Source: Basidiobolus meristosporus CBS 931.73 (lineage: Eukaryota > Fungi > Basidiobolomycota). From it: DNA of 64,000 nt. The notes under the pieces are model-generated. The model saw nothing but the letters and a program-made list of their open reading frames with translations. It searched no databases and had not been told where the DNA came from. Position 1 is the first letter of the stretch. The number at the start of each line of letters is the position of its first letter. The position numbers and the translations under genes are program-made. This document shows, piece after piece, positions 26,132 through 40,600 of the stretch. The DNA is taken from positions 57,076 through 121,075 of the forward strand of contig MCFE01000233.1 in the NCBI GenBank assembly GCA_002104905.1. Reading direction: 5' to 3'.

Positions 26132-29100
26132 CCAACTTTGCACACAGCCTATTGGTACCTTCCCTGTAACACTTTTGCTGTTGGTCTCATAAAAATTCTC
26201 TAAGAGTCAAGACTCTGGATTTAAACTAATCAAAGAAGGTACTATCATGCAATTCTTCTAGTTCTCCAATACTTCTGAAGCTCTTACAGCTGCTTACACA
26301 CCCCAAGCTGTTACACCCCAGAATGTCTACCACTGCTGTAGCTAAGAGTTTTCCCTCTGTTGAAAAGTTGGATGGATCTATTTACCAAGTATGGAAGGTG
26401 AAGATGTAGAAGTTGCTACAGGAAAGAGGCCATTGGGATATTGCTATGGGAGAAGAATGCCCTCCCAAAGGAGTAGAAGAAGAAACCCTAAAGTACCAGA
26501 AGAAAGAAAACACTTTCAATATATCCAATACTATCACTGCAAATCTAACCATGAATTGAGTACTCCACATACCATTTTAGAATGGTAGTAGCAAGGATTC
26601 ATATTTTATCTAGAAAATGTATCTACAATGAATCATATATTGCATAAGGTATTTTACTTCATTATTGGTCGTAACCCGCGTCTTTACAATGTAAGTCTAA
26701 TCCAGGTTAAATCTCTGCCTACTTTCATATATGATAATTTGATGGTGTCTATCAAAGGTATTTGAATGGGGATCATTTTGAGTGAGCCCTGTAGAAGTGA
26801 TGATAAGAATGTTTAATAAAAGCAAGTCTTTAGGGTACTGTGTTCCAGCTTAGGGTATTTAGGCGTGTTTGAATACTATGATAAATTACAGGAATTGACG
26901 GATTTCGGGATATAACCATGATTGTACATAGTCTTGACCCGCTGTCCCCATGGCCGCAATTTCTCAAATAGATGGGGTAATAAACTCAAGTGTATTTGCA
27001 AAAGGTATTGTGTTGTAGACACACTATGACACCTGCTGCAAATACAATAAATATCAGCCATATGGCATTATGCCTTTCAAGAAGTTCTCCATTGCATTGG
27101 CACTCTTGATGATCCTGAGAGGAACCTGGTAGGAGATTACTAAGAAGCCCAGAACCAACAGCAAATGTACATGAATCCAGTAGGAGATGGAGCCTGTGTG
27201 AGTGCGGTTTGCATTATTCTAGAACCCTAGAGTTTTCAAATTTGATATTAAGCAACCGGTATTGGTTTGTCAAGTCTCTAAGGAACTTACAAATGCCCAA
27301 CATCTGGAACTCATAGCCCTCATTTCTCATTGGCTTCAAATGTGATGGGTTAAAATACACGCAGCAGATGAACGAGAACGGAAAAGTCGGAAGAAGCAGT
27401 CGTTAGAAGTAGAAAGTTGACTGATTGGGGAAAATTGGAGAACTCAAGTGTGGAACCTTGGCAAACTGGGCATAGAGAGAAGTTGCGGAAGACATCAGAA
27501 AAATGTGCACCCCAATTCAGTTGCTTCAATGTTTCCACAAGCTATTGGAATTGATAATAGGCTCCACACCAATTATTCGAGACAACCGTGATATTTCTCA
27601 CAACTCTTGATCAAGAGTGAAATATCGTGTATTAACTGCATAGTATCCTGAAGAGCATATGTAAGCCATTTTAGCTGTGCAATAGAGCATACTGGAGTGG
27701 ACTAACTTCAAGAGGGTTTGACACCATTTAACATTGCAGCAATGTCAATATTCCACCACCCCGCATAATTAGCAGTACCGCATAAAATCAACTTGAAATT
27801 CCAAATAGATTTACCACATAATTAAGGTTCAATAACAGGCCTCCTTGCACACCTCAAATCTCTTCCATGCAGGTGGAATGACATAGGTGACCAGTGTTAC
27901 TAAAGCTTGAAAGTAGAGAGGAAATACCAGTATTGACATTCACTGGAATTTTCATACAACCTGATCTCTAGTTGGATTCATTATTCCGGTGATTTTGTGC
28001 GGTATTTCTAATTATATGGAGTGGTGGAATATCAAAGTCGCTGCAACATTAAATAATGTCCAAAACCTCTTGCATTTAACCCACATCAAGTAATAAACCC
28101 CACAACACAGACCCATTTTTGGTCCTGGAAAGGCCACTGATATTCTCGTTCTTCACAATATATTCACCATTCTGAGGAACCCCCAAAAATACACAACTAT
28201 GGAATATGGAAATTTCGAAGCCGTCCAGAAACCTTGCCCCCCCCCAAAAAAAAAAGCGGAAATAACGGGCTCTATCAGCGGTATGCACATTTTGGGTAAA
28301 TGAAACTCTAAACGAACATCACACTTCTAGTCATCCTAATCACTTTCCAGCTTCCTCTTGTTTTGTTGTCCGCGAGTGCGAAGAATTGCTTCCAATTAGT
28401 CACAGACTTGCACAATAGTCAGCTGCATATGGTGTTCAAGAGAGTATGAACTTAATTGGGCTTAATCAGCTGAAATAGCACGATGCCAGAGGATAAGGAT
28501 CATTCTTCACCGCATAATATGGGGCGGACAATTGGCCTGTGAAAATCAGGGAACCAATTCAGGCATCGATGTGCACAAGGGGTTTGAGGTTTGTGGAGGT
28601 AATGAAGTTGGAGACTACAGTCAATATTGTTAAGGCCGAAATTTTCAATTTCGAGTGCGTTCGTACGTTTGTCATGGCCATTGCATGCCATTCGGCCTAC
28701 AAACAGACACCGTATGCACGAAATATCGCATCGTGCTGATTTGTTTGAGGTAGAACGGTTTAATGGCTTAGGTTACTGTCCAATCTGGCACCACACCTGT
28801 CCCAGCAGATTTCCAACAGTTCAGACAAAGTTGACCTCGGCCCAGGAAGATGGAGATTAATATTGCACATCGTATCGTAACTCCCCTCCCCCGCCATCTC
28901 ATCAGAGGGTTTTTGCAACAGGAATGTCCCCAGTAAGTTTCACCGCTCATCCAGGCAAAACTGTGCACTGGTTGTCCATGGTCATCCGGATATAACCAGC
29001 AATTACGTGAAGAAACATCCCAGTTTCTGGAGCAAATTACCAGGAACCCATTTCCTTCTAACATAGCAGGAGTCAGCACATGTCTTTGAATAGATATGAT

Positions 29101-32100
29101 CACTGCTTACACGAAGGTCGAGGCACGCCCATCGAAAGCCTTCAGACTGCCATGCCATGATCGCCCTCGAATCCTTCGGTCTGCCCGATGATTCGCCTAT
29201 TAAATCTCGCCATGTATGTGGATACTCACATCCAAAACGAATGGCTGAAGTCGAGAGATCTACCATGGGCTTAGCTTGATTTACTTCATGTCACGTTTCG
29301 TGAAGCATGAAAATCATTCAGCGATCTAGCGATAAACGCTGGCCTTTCCATGATTGTAGAATACCACGGGCATGGTGCGCAATATTCACCTTATCGGCAC
29401 GTATCCAGCCCTTTCTTGCCACACATTCCTAATCAAATTCGGGTCGATTTGAAGGAAACCAACACGCAAGCGTTCATCACCCAAGATCCACGCAACAGTC
29501 ATGCCTGCCCATTTTGATCGCGGCTGAGGATATCCCACTTTCATTTGTCAAGGTAACTGGATGCCAAGGGTTCAATGAAAATCATCGAAGGGTGCTAGAG
29601 TGCACTTTCATCAAGCTCTATATAGAAGGTAGCAATCCCATACCGCTAGCTTCTAAATGTTGCCTATTTTTACCTCGCAAACAAGATGTTAACTGGGATC
29701 ATACCATTCTTCCTTTCGGATGAACGTGAACGTGAACCTGAAACCCCGTGTTGAGCATCCTATTCAATTCTCCCGTCGCAGAGCATGCTGTCCGACAGGT
29801 TCAATTGGAATTCCATAGCAAACCGGAGCTAGTCAAGAAAAGGAGATTTTCAATGGTGGGTGCTAGCCATATATTCTTCCAGAGCACTCAGGATATATCG
29901 GGAATACTTGGCTGGATTTGGCCTCGTATCGGGCTTAGATACTTCTATTTGTGGCGACAGCATCGTTTTAGAAAGCCCCATAACTATATGTAGTAAGCCC
30001 ATGTGAATTATGGCGGTGGTTCCAGTAGTCCTCGATACGACATATTGAGCACGATTCCTTGCCCGCACATCCGCCAACTGCCTCTCTCTCCATTCTCATA
30101 TGAGTCAGGCCTCAGCCGCTCAGCAGGTATTCCATCCGGCAGAGACAGCACCACCCACCTGCATAAATCCGCGAGCGGAAGATTGGCTAATGCACGCGAG
30201 TTTTAAAAGATGGTTCTTGTTTGTTAACTTGCCCGTAACCGTTGGATCAGATTCAGAGTAACCGGAGTCCCTGTAGAAATCAAGTTTCATGAGACAAAGA
30301 ACCATGGGATATACAGCTTCCCATTGAACTACCTGAGGTCGTATGTGGAGCATAAAACTGACTCGAACAGGAATAGTACCAAATAACACTTTCTAGAATA
30401 TGTTGGCTGGAATAGGGATAGAGCTAAATTGTTCACCATATGATGTGCCAAGACATGAGTGCGGCATGACCTCAAGTGATTTCTTCAGCAGACACCCGGG
30501 TATTCATTTTGGACCACTGCGCCACGAGGCTATGCCAGCTGGCTCAGCCTAATCGCCCATTATACTTGGCCTTTCTGATGGGCAGCAGACTGGATGCATA
30601 GATCTCCTATTTCGACATCAGGTTTGACAAGATATGTAAAACCTTCTGCTCCCAGTAACCAGACGCCTTGGAAGCTAAGCCACTCACCAACCAACACAAT
30701 GCGGTGACTTGATGTATTCCCTGATATTTAATATGACCATGTTTGGGTAGCTGCAACAACCCTGAAATGAGCCGAGCTGCATATTGGGAAGTCTACCATG
30801 AACTCTCGATTCGAAAGCCCAAGCCTTTGCTGGCCCAAGATACCGTGACCAGCTTGGGAAAACACCAGGCTCGTGTCATGATCTCCGGGAATATGGGTGG
30901 ATGAGGAAATGACGCCGACGGGCCTGGATGAAGCCAATATGAACTGCCGTGGGTCTGCTCAAGCAGTCCACCCGACTTCCAGTGCGGAATCTCCTAGACA
31001 AACTCAGACAAACCCTTACCTAACCAAATTTCCAAAGATGGGTGGATTCCCCTTGACTCGTTAGCAATCTGGTATTTTCGGATACGAACAGGATGTGCCG
31101 CCTAGGTAGGACAATGCACCATATTGGCACCCTCTTGTCATTGGAGCACCTGTTCCGGCAGAAATTCGAGTTACCACCAAATTTTGTACCCGCAACATCT
31201 GCGCCAGCAACATAGTTTGCCAGCATCCATTGCTTAATGGAATCCCAAAATATTGATTCTGGCCGCATCTAGTTTCCCATGTAGTAACGTGCTACAAATG
31301 TCTTCTTTAGAGGCAGTTGCAGTGTTTGAGTTGGTGGAGAATGCGGTATAAGTCTAGTATCACTGCATCACTTCCTCCTTTTGGAAAGGGATTGGGTTAA
31401 AAATAGCGTAATCGATTTCCATATTGAACTCTTGTCCACCCTCGCCGTTAGAATATTCTATGAGCTGTTGACCTTGGGCCGAAAATCAGCATTGACTGAA
31501 CTTCGGCTGTGATACCGATGGTGGACGAGCGCATCCATCAGAAGAGTCTCAGCCACAATATACGACTGGAATTGAAAGTCACAATCAGTCTGTTTGCTGC
31601 ATACTCCTTACTGTTGCTCAGATATGCTGTATCCATCACAAGCGTAGTACTGGTTTAGCTGGCAACTCAATCTGCTCGGCGGCCGGTTTGGAAGCATTTC
31701 TATGCGATACACCAAAGTTGCCCCCTCCATGGAGGTTGCAGGTGGGCACTGGAAGCAAGACAAACCCTAGTTACCTCGACTCCTCACGGTGCCCACATAC
31801 CATCTGATCTCCTCGGCATTATGATATGAGGCGATGATAGAGAAAAGCCAGACATTAGTCTCATTCCTACATACACTCCGTGTTCAGGTTGAGAGAATGG
31901 CCTTGAAACAAATGATGGATCGGATTGATCAATGGAAGGTGATTTTCATGAATCATTTCCAATCCAATCCTACACGATGGGATTCGCCAACATACAGAGC
32001 CATTAGATCACCAAGATAGAGTTTCTGACGCTGCACGAGGTTGAGTGGTCTGGTGGGAAATGCCCATCCCACCAAGGAACAGACCACCATGGTACCTGGC

Positions 32101-33316
32101 TCCACTATCTCCTCCACATTGTCCCATCGCTTCGATGTCCCAATCAAGCATCTACCAAACGCCATCCCTCACAACAGAACACCACTCCCCCACACGCACA
32201 GCCCGCATTATAGTGCACACCGCCGCAATGTTGGTTGCGGCTACGCATAATGCTAGTGGCTTCGCGGCATCCGCCCATTGTTTCTAGCAGAATCAAGACG
32301 ATGCCCAAGTCAAAGTGGCAGCTGGCAGCAAGCGCGATCGAATCCTAGGATGGAATAAAGCCAGCATTCGAGGTGGTCATATGACACTCGACGAAAATAC
32401 TCACACGGATCTAGGAAGCAGGAATAGGCAATGGCGATTTCCTATTAGGTTGGCTGAGTAGGTGTGAGAAAGCAATCCTTTTGGAAGTGGCATTTTCAAC
32501 ACCAGACATCCATGTTGATAACGGACTCACCCAAAGTTTGTTTAAATGCAAATATGTTTAAGACGGAAAATCATGTTGAGCGTATGTTCATACCTAACAC
32601 TCAGCATTCCCGAGCATTGAAATTCGAGAATGCGGCTCAGGATCAACACGGCGGCCCAATGGGAGGGTGACATGTTGGTTTCATGCCCTATTGATTTACC
32701 ACAAAATCAGCCAAGCCATCCTTGCATGAATTCCCTTAAACAGAAGTTGAATTGGCAAATTACCTATCAAGCAAGCAGAAACAAAACAGGATGAACTGAT
32801 TTCCTAGCGAAAACTGGTTTTCCCAGACTTCCCCATCAGACATGAATCCCAGTACAATCCTATCATTTGAGCGCCCCGTAGTGAGGCTCGCCGGTACTAA
32901 TCCGACGATTAGGATCACGGTATCCACCGCTTCGACCTCATGCACCAGACAGCATGCAAGTTGTATTCTCAATGGCTGATGGGTTGGTTTGTTGAATGGC
33001 GGCGGGGTTGGCCGTCTAGTGTTCTGCTTGCTACCTGGGTGGGATTCCACTTGCCTTGTGCGATTCCTTGGTCTGTACCACGCTCACCATTTTGACTTTT
33101 TAAAGCGGCACATAAGGCTTTCCGCACTTTTGATTCGTCCGTGGCTTCTTGACTGCCAGCTCGGGTCCTGCTCCAAAAAGAGACGGTTTCAAATCTAATC
33201 AAATCACCTGGGTGTTATACTATGTGCAAACTCGAATAGAACATATTCTCATGAGCTGAATTTGTCGACTATGCGATATTTACTGATCGCTTCAATCGAT
33301 GCAGAAAGCACATCCG

Positions 33317-33380
33317 CACCTACACCTACACCCATGCCCATGTCCATACCCATACTCATCCTCATCCTCTTACCCATACC
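33317..33380 (+). repeat. Degenerate hexanucleotide tandem repeat (CACCTA/CCCATR/CTCATC)
   Basis: cacctacacctacacccatgcccatgtccatacccatactcatcctcatcc... has a visible 6-nt period. Confidence 0.6.
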
Positions 33381-34074
33381 TGAGTTGAGATCGTACTGAC
33401 TATGATGATCTAATGTACATATATGCACTACAATACTCAATTCTATATGCAGACCTCGTATCATGAAAATACATATAGATTGCCAATGTTTATGATTATA
33501 AAACCAATCATAGTACAGGTTTCATCCATCTATAGGATTATTGTGATCACTCGATGTCATCCATAAAGTGGTCCTCGATAGAGTCCTGTATAAACGATCA
33601 GAGCACTCATGAGTATCAATGCTAATTAAATAATCCCGTAATGTTATTGGTAATAGATAAGACTTAGTGTTGAATGAGACCTAGATGAAATTAGGATGGA
33701 TAGGAGGGGCAGGGCATTCTATATTTACCAGGGTATGATCACGATTCTCTCACATCCCCATTTTATACGGATTAGAATCGATGTGTATTCTTAAAGCCGC
33801 TCATTGTTTTGTTCCTTGATTCTTCATTGCCAGCAGCACATATATAAAAGGTGGTCAGATGCCGCCTGAAAGTGATCAGGCTTATTTTATCGAGTGCTCT
33901 TCTCTACATCGGTTTGCCAGCCCTGTCTTCTATTGAGTTATAATTGGCACTTTGACCAGCACCCTCAGTCATTTTTATATCTGTCAATTATTCACATCGA
34001 AGTCACCGACTTAAAGTCTGTACATATTAGCACTACCTGTATTAAGCTACGCACAATTGCAAGAATCATTGAGT

Positions 34075-34965
34075 ATGGCTGCCATCAACAACTCTCAAGG
34101 CATTGAAGAAGTCAATGATATTTTTGACGCATTTATTGATCCAAAGTATGTCGCCGAGCCACCAAGTCAGGATTTGAGCAATGCTGACTTGTTTCGTTTG
34201 TACTTTGGCAATGAGTTATCCAACCAACTGCCTGCAGCCAGTCAAAACGGGCTTCCTTCATCCAACCTCAAGGCCGAATCGACTGATATTGACTTGCTCC
34301 TAGGCAATCTCCTCAACTCACCAACAAATCTGCAATTTGGGGTTGCAGACTCGACGTTACTGTATGGTTCACCTCAAACTGTTCAACCACCGGCGATCAC
34401 TCCTGCACCTGTTGCCAATCAACAAAGTCCTTCAAAATCGTTCCCCTCAACAACTGCTCCTCCACTCTCTATAGCCCCGTCCCCTCCTAAACTGGTACAC
34501 CGTACCTCTTCAGCCGAAGTGGAGGCCGAGCTTGATCCAAATGACCCGAAGTTTCAAAACCTTAGCTCCAAGGAACGTAGGCAACTTCGTAACAAGATAT
34601 CTGCCAGAAACTTCCGTGTGAGAAGAAAGGAGTACATCTCTACGCTGGAGCAGCAAGTTCAACAGCACCAAAACGAACTGAAGTCGCTTCGTGAATCCAT
34701 GTCCAAGGCTGAAGATGAGAACAAGCGCTTGCGCCGTGAGCTGTTGGAGATGCGAAACAAAGCTGATGCACATGTTCCCAACAACGAGGCTGATTCGCCA
34801 ACCCCTATGGAGATTGAGGTGAAGGAGGAGGAAAGTACGAACCCTCCATTCAAGCTCAAATCCGGTGTCACTTCCTTCTCTAGCTCAGAGCCATTCAACA
34901 AAGACGTCCCCAACTCTGCCTGTGCTTCGCCACGGTGGCAGGACAGCCGAGTCATTGTCCGTTAG
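34075..34965 (+). CDS. bZIP transcription factor (3' end may be extended by splicing)
   Basis: Basic region KERRQLRNKISARNFRVRRKEYISTLE followed by a heptad zipper. Acidic/Pro-Ser-rich N-terminus. TATA-like TATATAAAAG at ~33841. Confidence 0.88.
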   Translation: MAAINNSQGIEEVNDIFDAFIDPKYVAEPPSQDLSNADLFRLYFGNELSNQLPAASQNGLPSSNLKAESTDIDLLLGNLLNSPTNLQFGVADSTLLYGSPQTVQPPAITPAPVANQQSPSKSFPSTTAPPLSIAPSPPKLVHRTSSAEVEAELDPNDPKFQNLSSKERRQLRNKISARNFRVRRKEYISTLEQQVQQHQNELKSLRESMSKAEDENKRLRRELLEMRNKADAHVPNNEADSPTPMEIEVKEEESTNPPFKLKSGVTSFSSSEPFNKDVPNSACASPRWQDSRVIVR

Positions 34966-37630
34966 TCATTCACTTGTATATTTTCAATCCAAAACATACT
35001 CCTAGCACCATGGTTTCGGTCTCGGCTCCACATTGCGAGGGGGCTTCTATAATCCTGATAATTCACCCAAAACTCTATCCATCAGATTTTATCCAGTTGT
35101 ACATAGCACCCTTGGTGCAACTTATTTGTTTTATTACGCACGAGGCGTCCGGAGCATTTGCTTCTGCTACGCCTCGATATCTCCGCCCAACCCGCCCCAA
35201 ATTCTCTGTATCGATGCTTTCCCTATGGGAAATACTCAGAATACAATTCACAAAATACTTCATAAAATGTTTTCCACCCTCTGAAACAGTCGGAATGTCC
35301 CAGTAAAATCCAGCGAAAATGGAGTTTCCTCTTGTGCGTTGCAACCAATCCATATCCGTATCACCAGTGTCGTGGGGAAGGCTTAGTGGTGTCGTAGAGC
35401 AGCAGGCAGCCATTAATCTGATAAAAGTGGGATCATTGTCCAATCAAAATCTGAGCACCACACGAGCATGTCTTCAATTTTGGGATGGGCACTGGGAGAC
35501 ACTTGAGCCTCGATCTTAGCAATCGCCAAGTGGTCGAAATGATGGCTATCCTGATGTCATGACCTGCGTCTAAATCGGTGTTGTGGCGCGGGTGTGTGAC
35601 TGAGTATTCGGTAGATAATGGCATAAACTGGTCGGTTGAGGCTTAGGATGCTCTAGTAGCAAGGCTTCCATTCTAGGCGGTGGTGGTGGCTTTCTTTAAT
35701 GCCCAAGCCCGTTAGAATAAACATCCTTGTCAACTTGCAAACCAGAGAGCCCGGAAAGTAGGACTACGATTAAACCTGAGTTCACTCGCATGGTCCTGGG
35801 GGCTCCAGCAGGTTTGTACTGTACTCGAAAATGCTAATGGCGGGTGGATGCTAGGTTAGTCAATTAATGCCAATGAAACGCTTCTGTGTGTAGAATGGCA
35901 TGAAACACCTTTACAGTAGATGCCCCTACTACTACTGTGTGCCTATATGTCAAGCTCTTTGGTGATACTGACTAGCTGGTCATAAGTTAGGTTGTGATAC
36001 CAGCGTTTTGGAAGATGAACTAGGGCTGGAGGTGGTTTGGTTATAATTAGCAAAAAGAATGCCTTTCACTTGTTGATTTATTGAGTAAAAATACATAATA
36101 AATAGGAAATGAGAGTCGAAAGTAGCTAACCATGGAATATTTACAATATCATGCATAGTACACTAGTTGGTATCAATTGGGCCCATTGGGGTAGGGCTGG
36201 GTAGAGGTATGGGTGCTTTCCCAAAGAATGCAAACTGTCGCCTATCTGTGTTGAATGTGCTTCATACCCGTACCATTTGTACTTTTCAAAGCCCCTACCA
36301 TTATGACCACAACAATCGCACTGACTATGGATATTTTCGTAGAATGGCGTGTGGGGATGTGTGCGAGATTTGTGAACTTTCAGATGGCATTCAAGGTTTC
36401 CATGTCTTCACCAACACTCGCAATTCTGAGGAATATCAAGGATTTCTTCCGAGATAATGAACAGAAATTAAAAATATGGACAATAGGGACTGCACTCAGT
36501 ACCAGTGAAGCATAAGGGTTGGCCTCTACCTGGTAGACTGAATCTAAAAGCAAGTTTTATGGAGTATCATAGCTGGTATAAATCTCTAATGGACATCATT
36601 GGGATACCATATGAAAATCAGCAAAATCCATATTGAAGTATACCAGTACATGAAATATGTAGGCCCTCAAACTTCATCCCCATATGAAAATCATAAAATC
36701 TGTTCACTGGCTTTCACACAAGTCATGGTGGTAGGTGGAGTGTAATGCCATAATGAGTCCAAGCAAAATGATAGGAGCACCAACAAAAAATCCAAGGTGG
36801 GAGCTTCTAGGGAGTTACCACAACATCACTAGTCATCTGGACAGAATACTCTTGGTAGGTATCTCCAAATGACTCCAACAAATATCTATATCCTACGACA
36901 TCCAGAAAATTGAGACACGGGGCTACATTACGGTTCAGCTCTGGAAATATAGAGGCTCATCTACTCTCTTCATGTGCAAAATACAATGCAGTTGTAACAC
37001 TGCCCTGATGGCATCCCACTCTACTTCCAAGTAAACTTGGGAACTTGAAAGCGAATTGGGATTATATTTAGATGGGGTTTTCACTGGTTGGTTGATCATG
37101 CTGGAGTAGTGTTTGATACATTTTGCGGAACTTGGCATCAGTAGCGATAACCCTGTTTTGAGGAAGGTCCCAGGAAGCTGTTGCCATGGATGAATAATCT
37201 TGCTGAGCTCTATTAATCGCAACAATGAAGAATCCAGGCCTGAAGCGCTCACGTCAGGTAACTTCGATCCATTTCTTCTAGGAAATGGGGTGTAGGCGAG
37301 TTTCATCTGATTGATGTACATTATCTGGTTTATTTCGCCGCAGTGGATTTGGGATATGATAGAAATATGCGCAGTAAGAACAGTCGCTATGATGCATGAT
37401 GAATGGTTAGAATGGAATAGTAGAAAGGATAGACGTGGTAAAACTGTATGAAACATTGGGACCAAAGAAAGGCCAGTGTGGGTGGGATCTAATGAAATGA
37501 GTATAGAGCTTAGTAATCAAAAACTGTATCCAAAATTTGGTGATCAATGCATATGAGGTGGTGATCCAGTTTGGTGACCTCGGAATCAAAATCGACATCG
37601 TGATCGGAATCGAAATGACCGTAATCGCGA

Positions 37631-40600
37631 TTATCGTTTTAGTTGAAGTCGTTCTAATGGATATCTTCTTTCAAAGTATCTTCTGACTGGTCCTAAAATG
37701 ACTACGCTCTGCCATAAAATCCCCAATAGGACATTTCCCATGGAGAATCCCCATAGTTTCCATCGGAAGTCTTTCGGTAGCACGTTATGCCCTTGTTCAA
37801 GATTGTAGTTTTCAATGTAATAACTCGGTTTAGGGTAGCCTAAGGATTGAAGAACATCAGGACTGCCACAGTTGATTCGGAACATGCAACCAAATTTGTT
37901 GGGATCCGCTAGCTCGATGTATGAGACAATCACGATGAATGCACCCCAGAGTAATAGCAGGATATAGTTATGGAACCAAGTGCGTCGGAACTTGTACCCA
38001 AGATTGAAGATAAACGCAGAGTTCACGAACTGATACAATGTGACTAATCCCAGTACTTCAGCTTCGTAGTTGTCTCCCAGCAGCCACCATTTGGCGTAGT
38101 CCACAGTGGAAGAATCAAATTCGTTGCAAAGGTACCATGGCTGAGAGCGTAGCCATCCAAATGCAACACAACCAAAGATCCAATTCATCACCACCAGACC
38201 TATCACAGAAGCCATGGTCTCAGGCCCAAGGATACGTGCAGTGGGTCTGCTATTGGCTAGTTTTCTAGCAGGCTTGGATTGTGCGACAGCCCAAGAGAGT
38301 CCAATCGTGATGAAACCATCCACCAGAATCCACACGTTCTGTGGGATGGTGACTGAGAAGTACAGACTAAAGATTTTCACGAAGCCCATGGTTTGTCCAT
38401 ACATAATCATGTACTTGTACCCGGCGAATGATGTGGCCAAAGCACCACGTCCTTGCCTCAGGAGCTCTACGCAGGACATAACCGATCTATTGCTGGAGCT
38501 GAATGGGGACACGATGGACGCTTCGGCGTCGCTAAGGGCAACACCAACATGGGATGCTCTGAGTGCCCCACAGTCGTTTCCGCCATCTCCACACATAGCA
38601 GTGACACCGCGCTCCATGTGTAACTGGACGCATTCGACCTTGTCATGTGGCTTCATCCTTGCAAACACGCGGATATCTAGCAAGTACTTGCGAATTGCAT
38701 TGTTATCAACAAGTGTGTTGAATGCCTTATTCGTCACCGCCAGTTCCACTGGTACCGTGTGCTTGTTTTGTAGCGCTTGATCCACATCTGCTTCATCTCC
38801 GGTATCCACATCAACCCAATGGATTAATCCGTTCTTTCCCATATCTCCTAATAACACACGATTGTTGGGTGGGATCATCTCGCAGGCCCTGGCGATGTAG
38901 ATTCCAGTCAGAGCGGTGTCACCAGTAATCATCACAGTGCGTGTATCGCCAGACTTGAGCTCTGCAATTGCTTCTTTCGTGTCAGGCTTAAGCTTGTTTT
39001 TGAACAACACCAATCCCATGAAGTTGATATTTGACTCGAGCTGCTCACGTGGCATATTACGTACACTGTCGAGGTCGACCTTACCAAGATTAGCATGGGC
39101 CATCGCCAGTACATAACATCCTTCCATAGCTAATGCATTGGCCACTTTGTCGTAGTTGCTCGGCACCGAGTTGGAATTCGATAGCTCCTTCACTTTCTCA
39201 AACGATCCCTTAACAAACACATGAACATGACCAGTGTCGGGATCCAACACAGCTACTGACATGGATGCGCGAGCGTGGACGAATTCGAATCTTTTGACAA
39301 TGTGGATGGTAGATGAAGTTGGCGAGTCATGTGATTTGATCGAGTCGACGAAGCCATACTCTGGTTCGGACATAAGCTCCCATTTGGTGGAGCGGAACAT
39401 CTCGATGTCCACTGGATTACCAATCAGCTGATCGTCAACCTTGGTAACTGAATGGCAGGTTGCCAAACCAGTTCTAAGCAGGGAGTGCAACTCCTGGAAG
39501 TCTTCCGAGTGCTTGTCAAAAACCGGAGTCCCACGACCATCAGCGTTGCTTCCATAGTCGGATACCGGTTGAGCTCCGTAAAACTCTAGACCCTCCTTGG
39601 TCAACGTGCCGGTTTTATCGAAACAAAAGATTTGCACTTTGCCCGCAATAATGATTCGAGGTAAATCCACGCAGAAGATCTTTTTCTTACGCAAACGATT
39701 AGCGGCAACTGTCTGACCAACTACCAAGGCTGCAGGAAGCAGGGGATTAATGATTTGGGAGATTGAGTACATTCCGTAAAACCATGCGGCAATGTTGCCA
39801 TTGCCGCCCAGCCAGATAACCCCGGCAAAGCAGAGTACGCCGTAAATCAACAGGATCACCATAACGATCCTCAATTGCTCATCAAAAATAAATGCGATTG
39901 GGTTTGGGAATAGAATCTTCCTCACCAGTTGTCCCTTGTCAGTTGCTGTCCCGGTTCTAGTCACCAGAGCAATGACACGGTCGCTCTTCATTTCTCCGGT
40001 TGGTGAGGATTGAGAGATAATTGTTCCAGCATACAACGTGTTGATCTTTCCAGCGCCCTGAGGATCGTATTCTAGCGGATCGTCCTTGATAGGGAATTTA
40101 CGAACAGGAAGTGGTTCACCAGTTAGAGAGCTCTCATCCACAACAACATTACCGAGTAGGACCACTGCGTCACACGGGACTACAGTACCTTTTTCGACCT
40201 GGAAAACGTCACCGGGCACTATGTCGGCAGTGGATACGGTTATCCACTGACCTTCTCTGAGGATGTTGCATTCACTTCGGTGCTCGGCCATTTTCTTGAT
40301 GCGATGCTCGGAGCTCAGTCTGGTCATAACCTTGATCATGGCGGAAACCAGAATAACCAATGTATCAATCAACCCCATGTAGTAGTAGTTGAGGTAGTAG
40401 TAGAGCCAGAGAATCATGATCTGATACAGATAGAAGAAAGAGGTGAACTCCTGCAAGATGGCCATAGGAAAACTAGGCACAGACACCCGAATGAAGTTGT
40501 TGCCGATCAACTCGCGTCGATACAATGCCTCTTTCTCGGTAAGTCCGCCGGCGAGACGCAGTAAATCGCAATTGCGGTCTCCAACATCGATGTGGTAAGG

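Larger units (their letters stand above)
23550..27250. mobile_element. Island of nested Ty1/copia LTRs and a decayed gag relic
   Basis: AT-rich and CpG-poor. Contains multiple ~315-350 bp copies of the same LTR family as 52869-53726, in both orientations. A gag-start relic at 26325 reads MSTTAVAKSFPSVEKLDGSIYQVWKVKM*KLLQERGHWDI. Confidence 0.85.

Noticed and set aside
23455-26588. Short ORFs in the AT-rich island as genes
   Set aside because: They lie within LTR copies or the broken gag relic and recur in the paralogous LTR at 53049-53324.
27590-27626. Imperfect hairpin GATATTTC..ACTCTTGATCAAGAGTGAAATATC
   Set aside because: A single short occurrence with no TSD, second copy or associated feature.
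36935-37598. Possible relic of a fungal transcription-factor middle domain (LYTHFIRSHPHWPFF; LRLIELSKII)
   Set aside because: The resemblance is limited to two short motifs in different frames, with no Zn2Cys6 region; insufficient without an HMM search.
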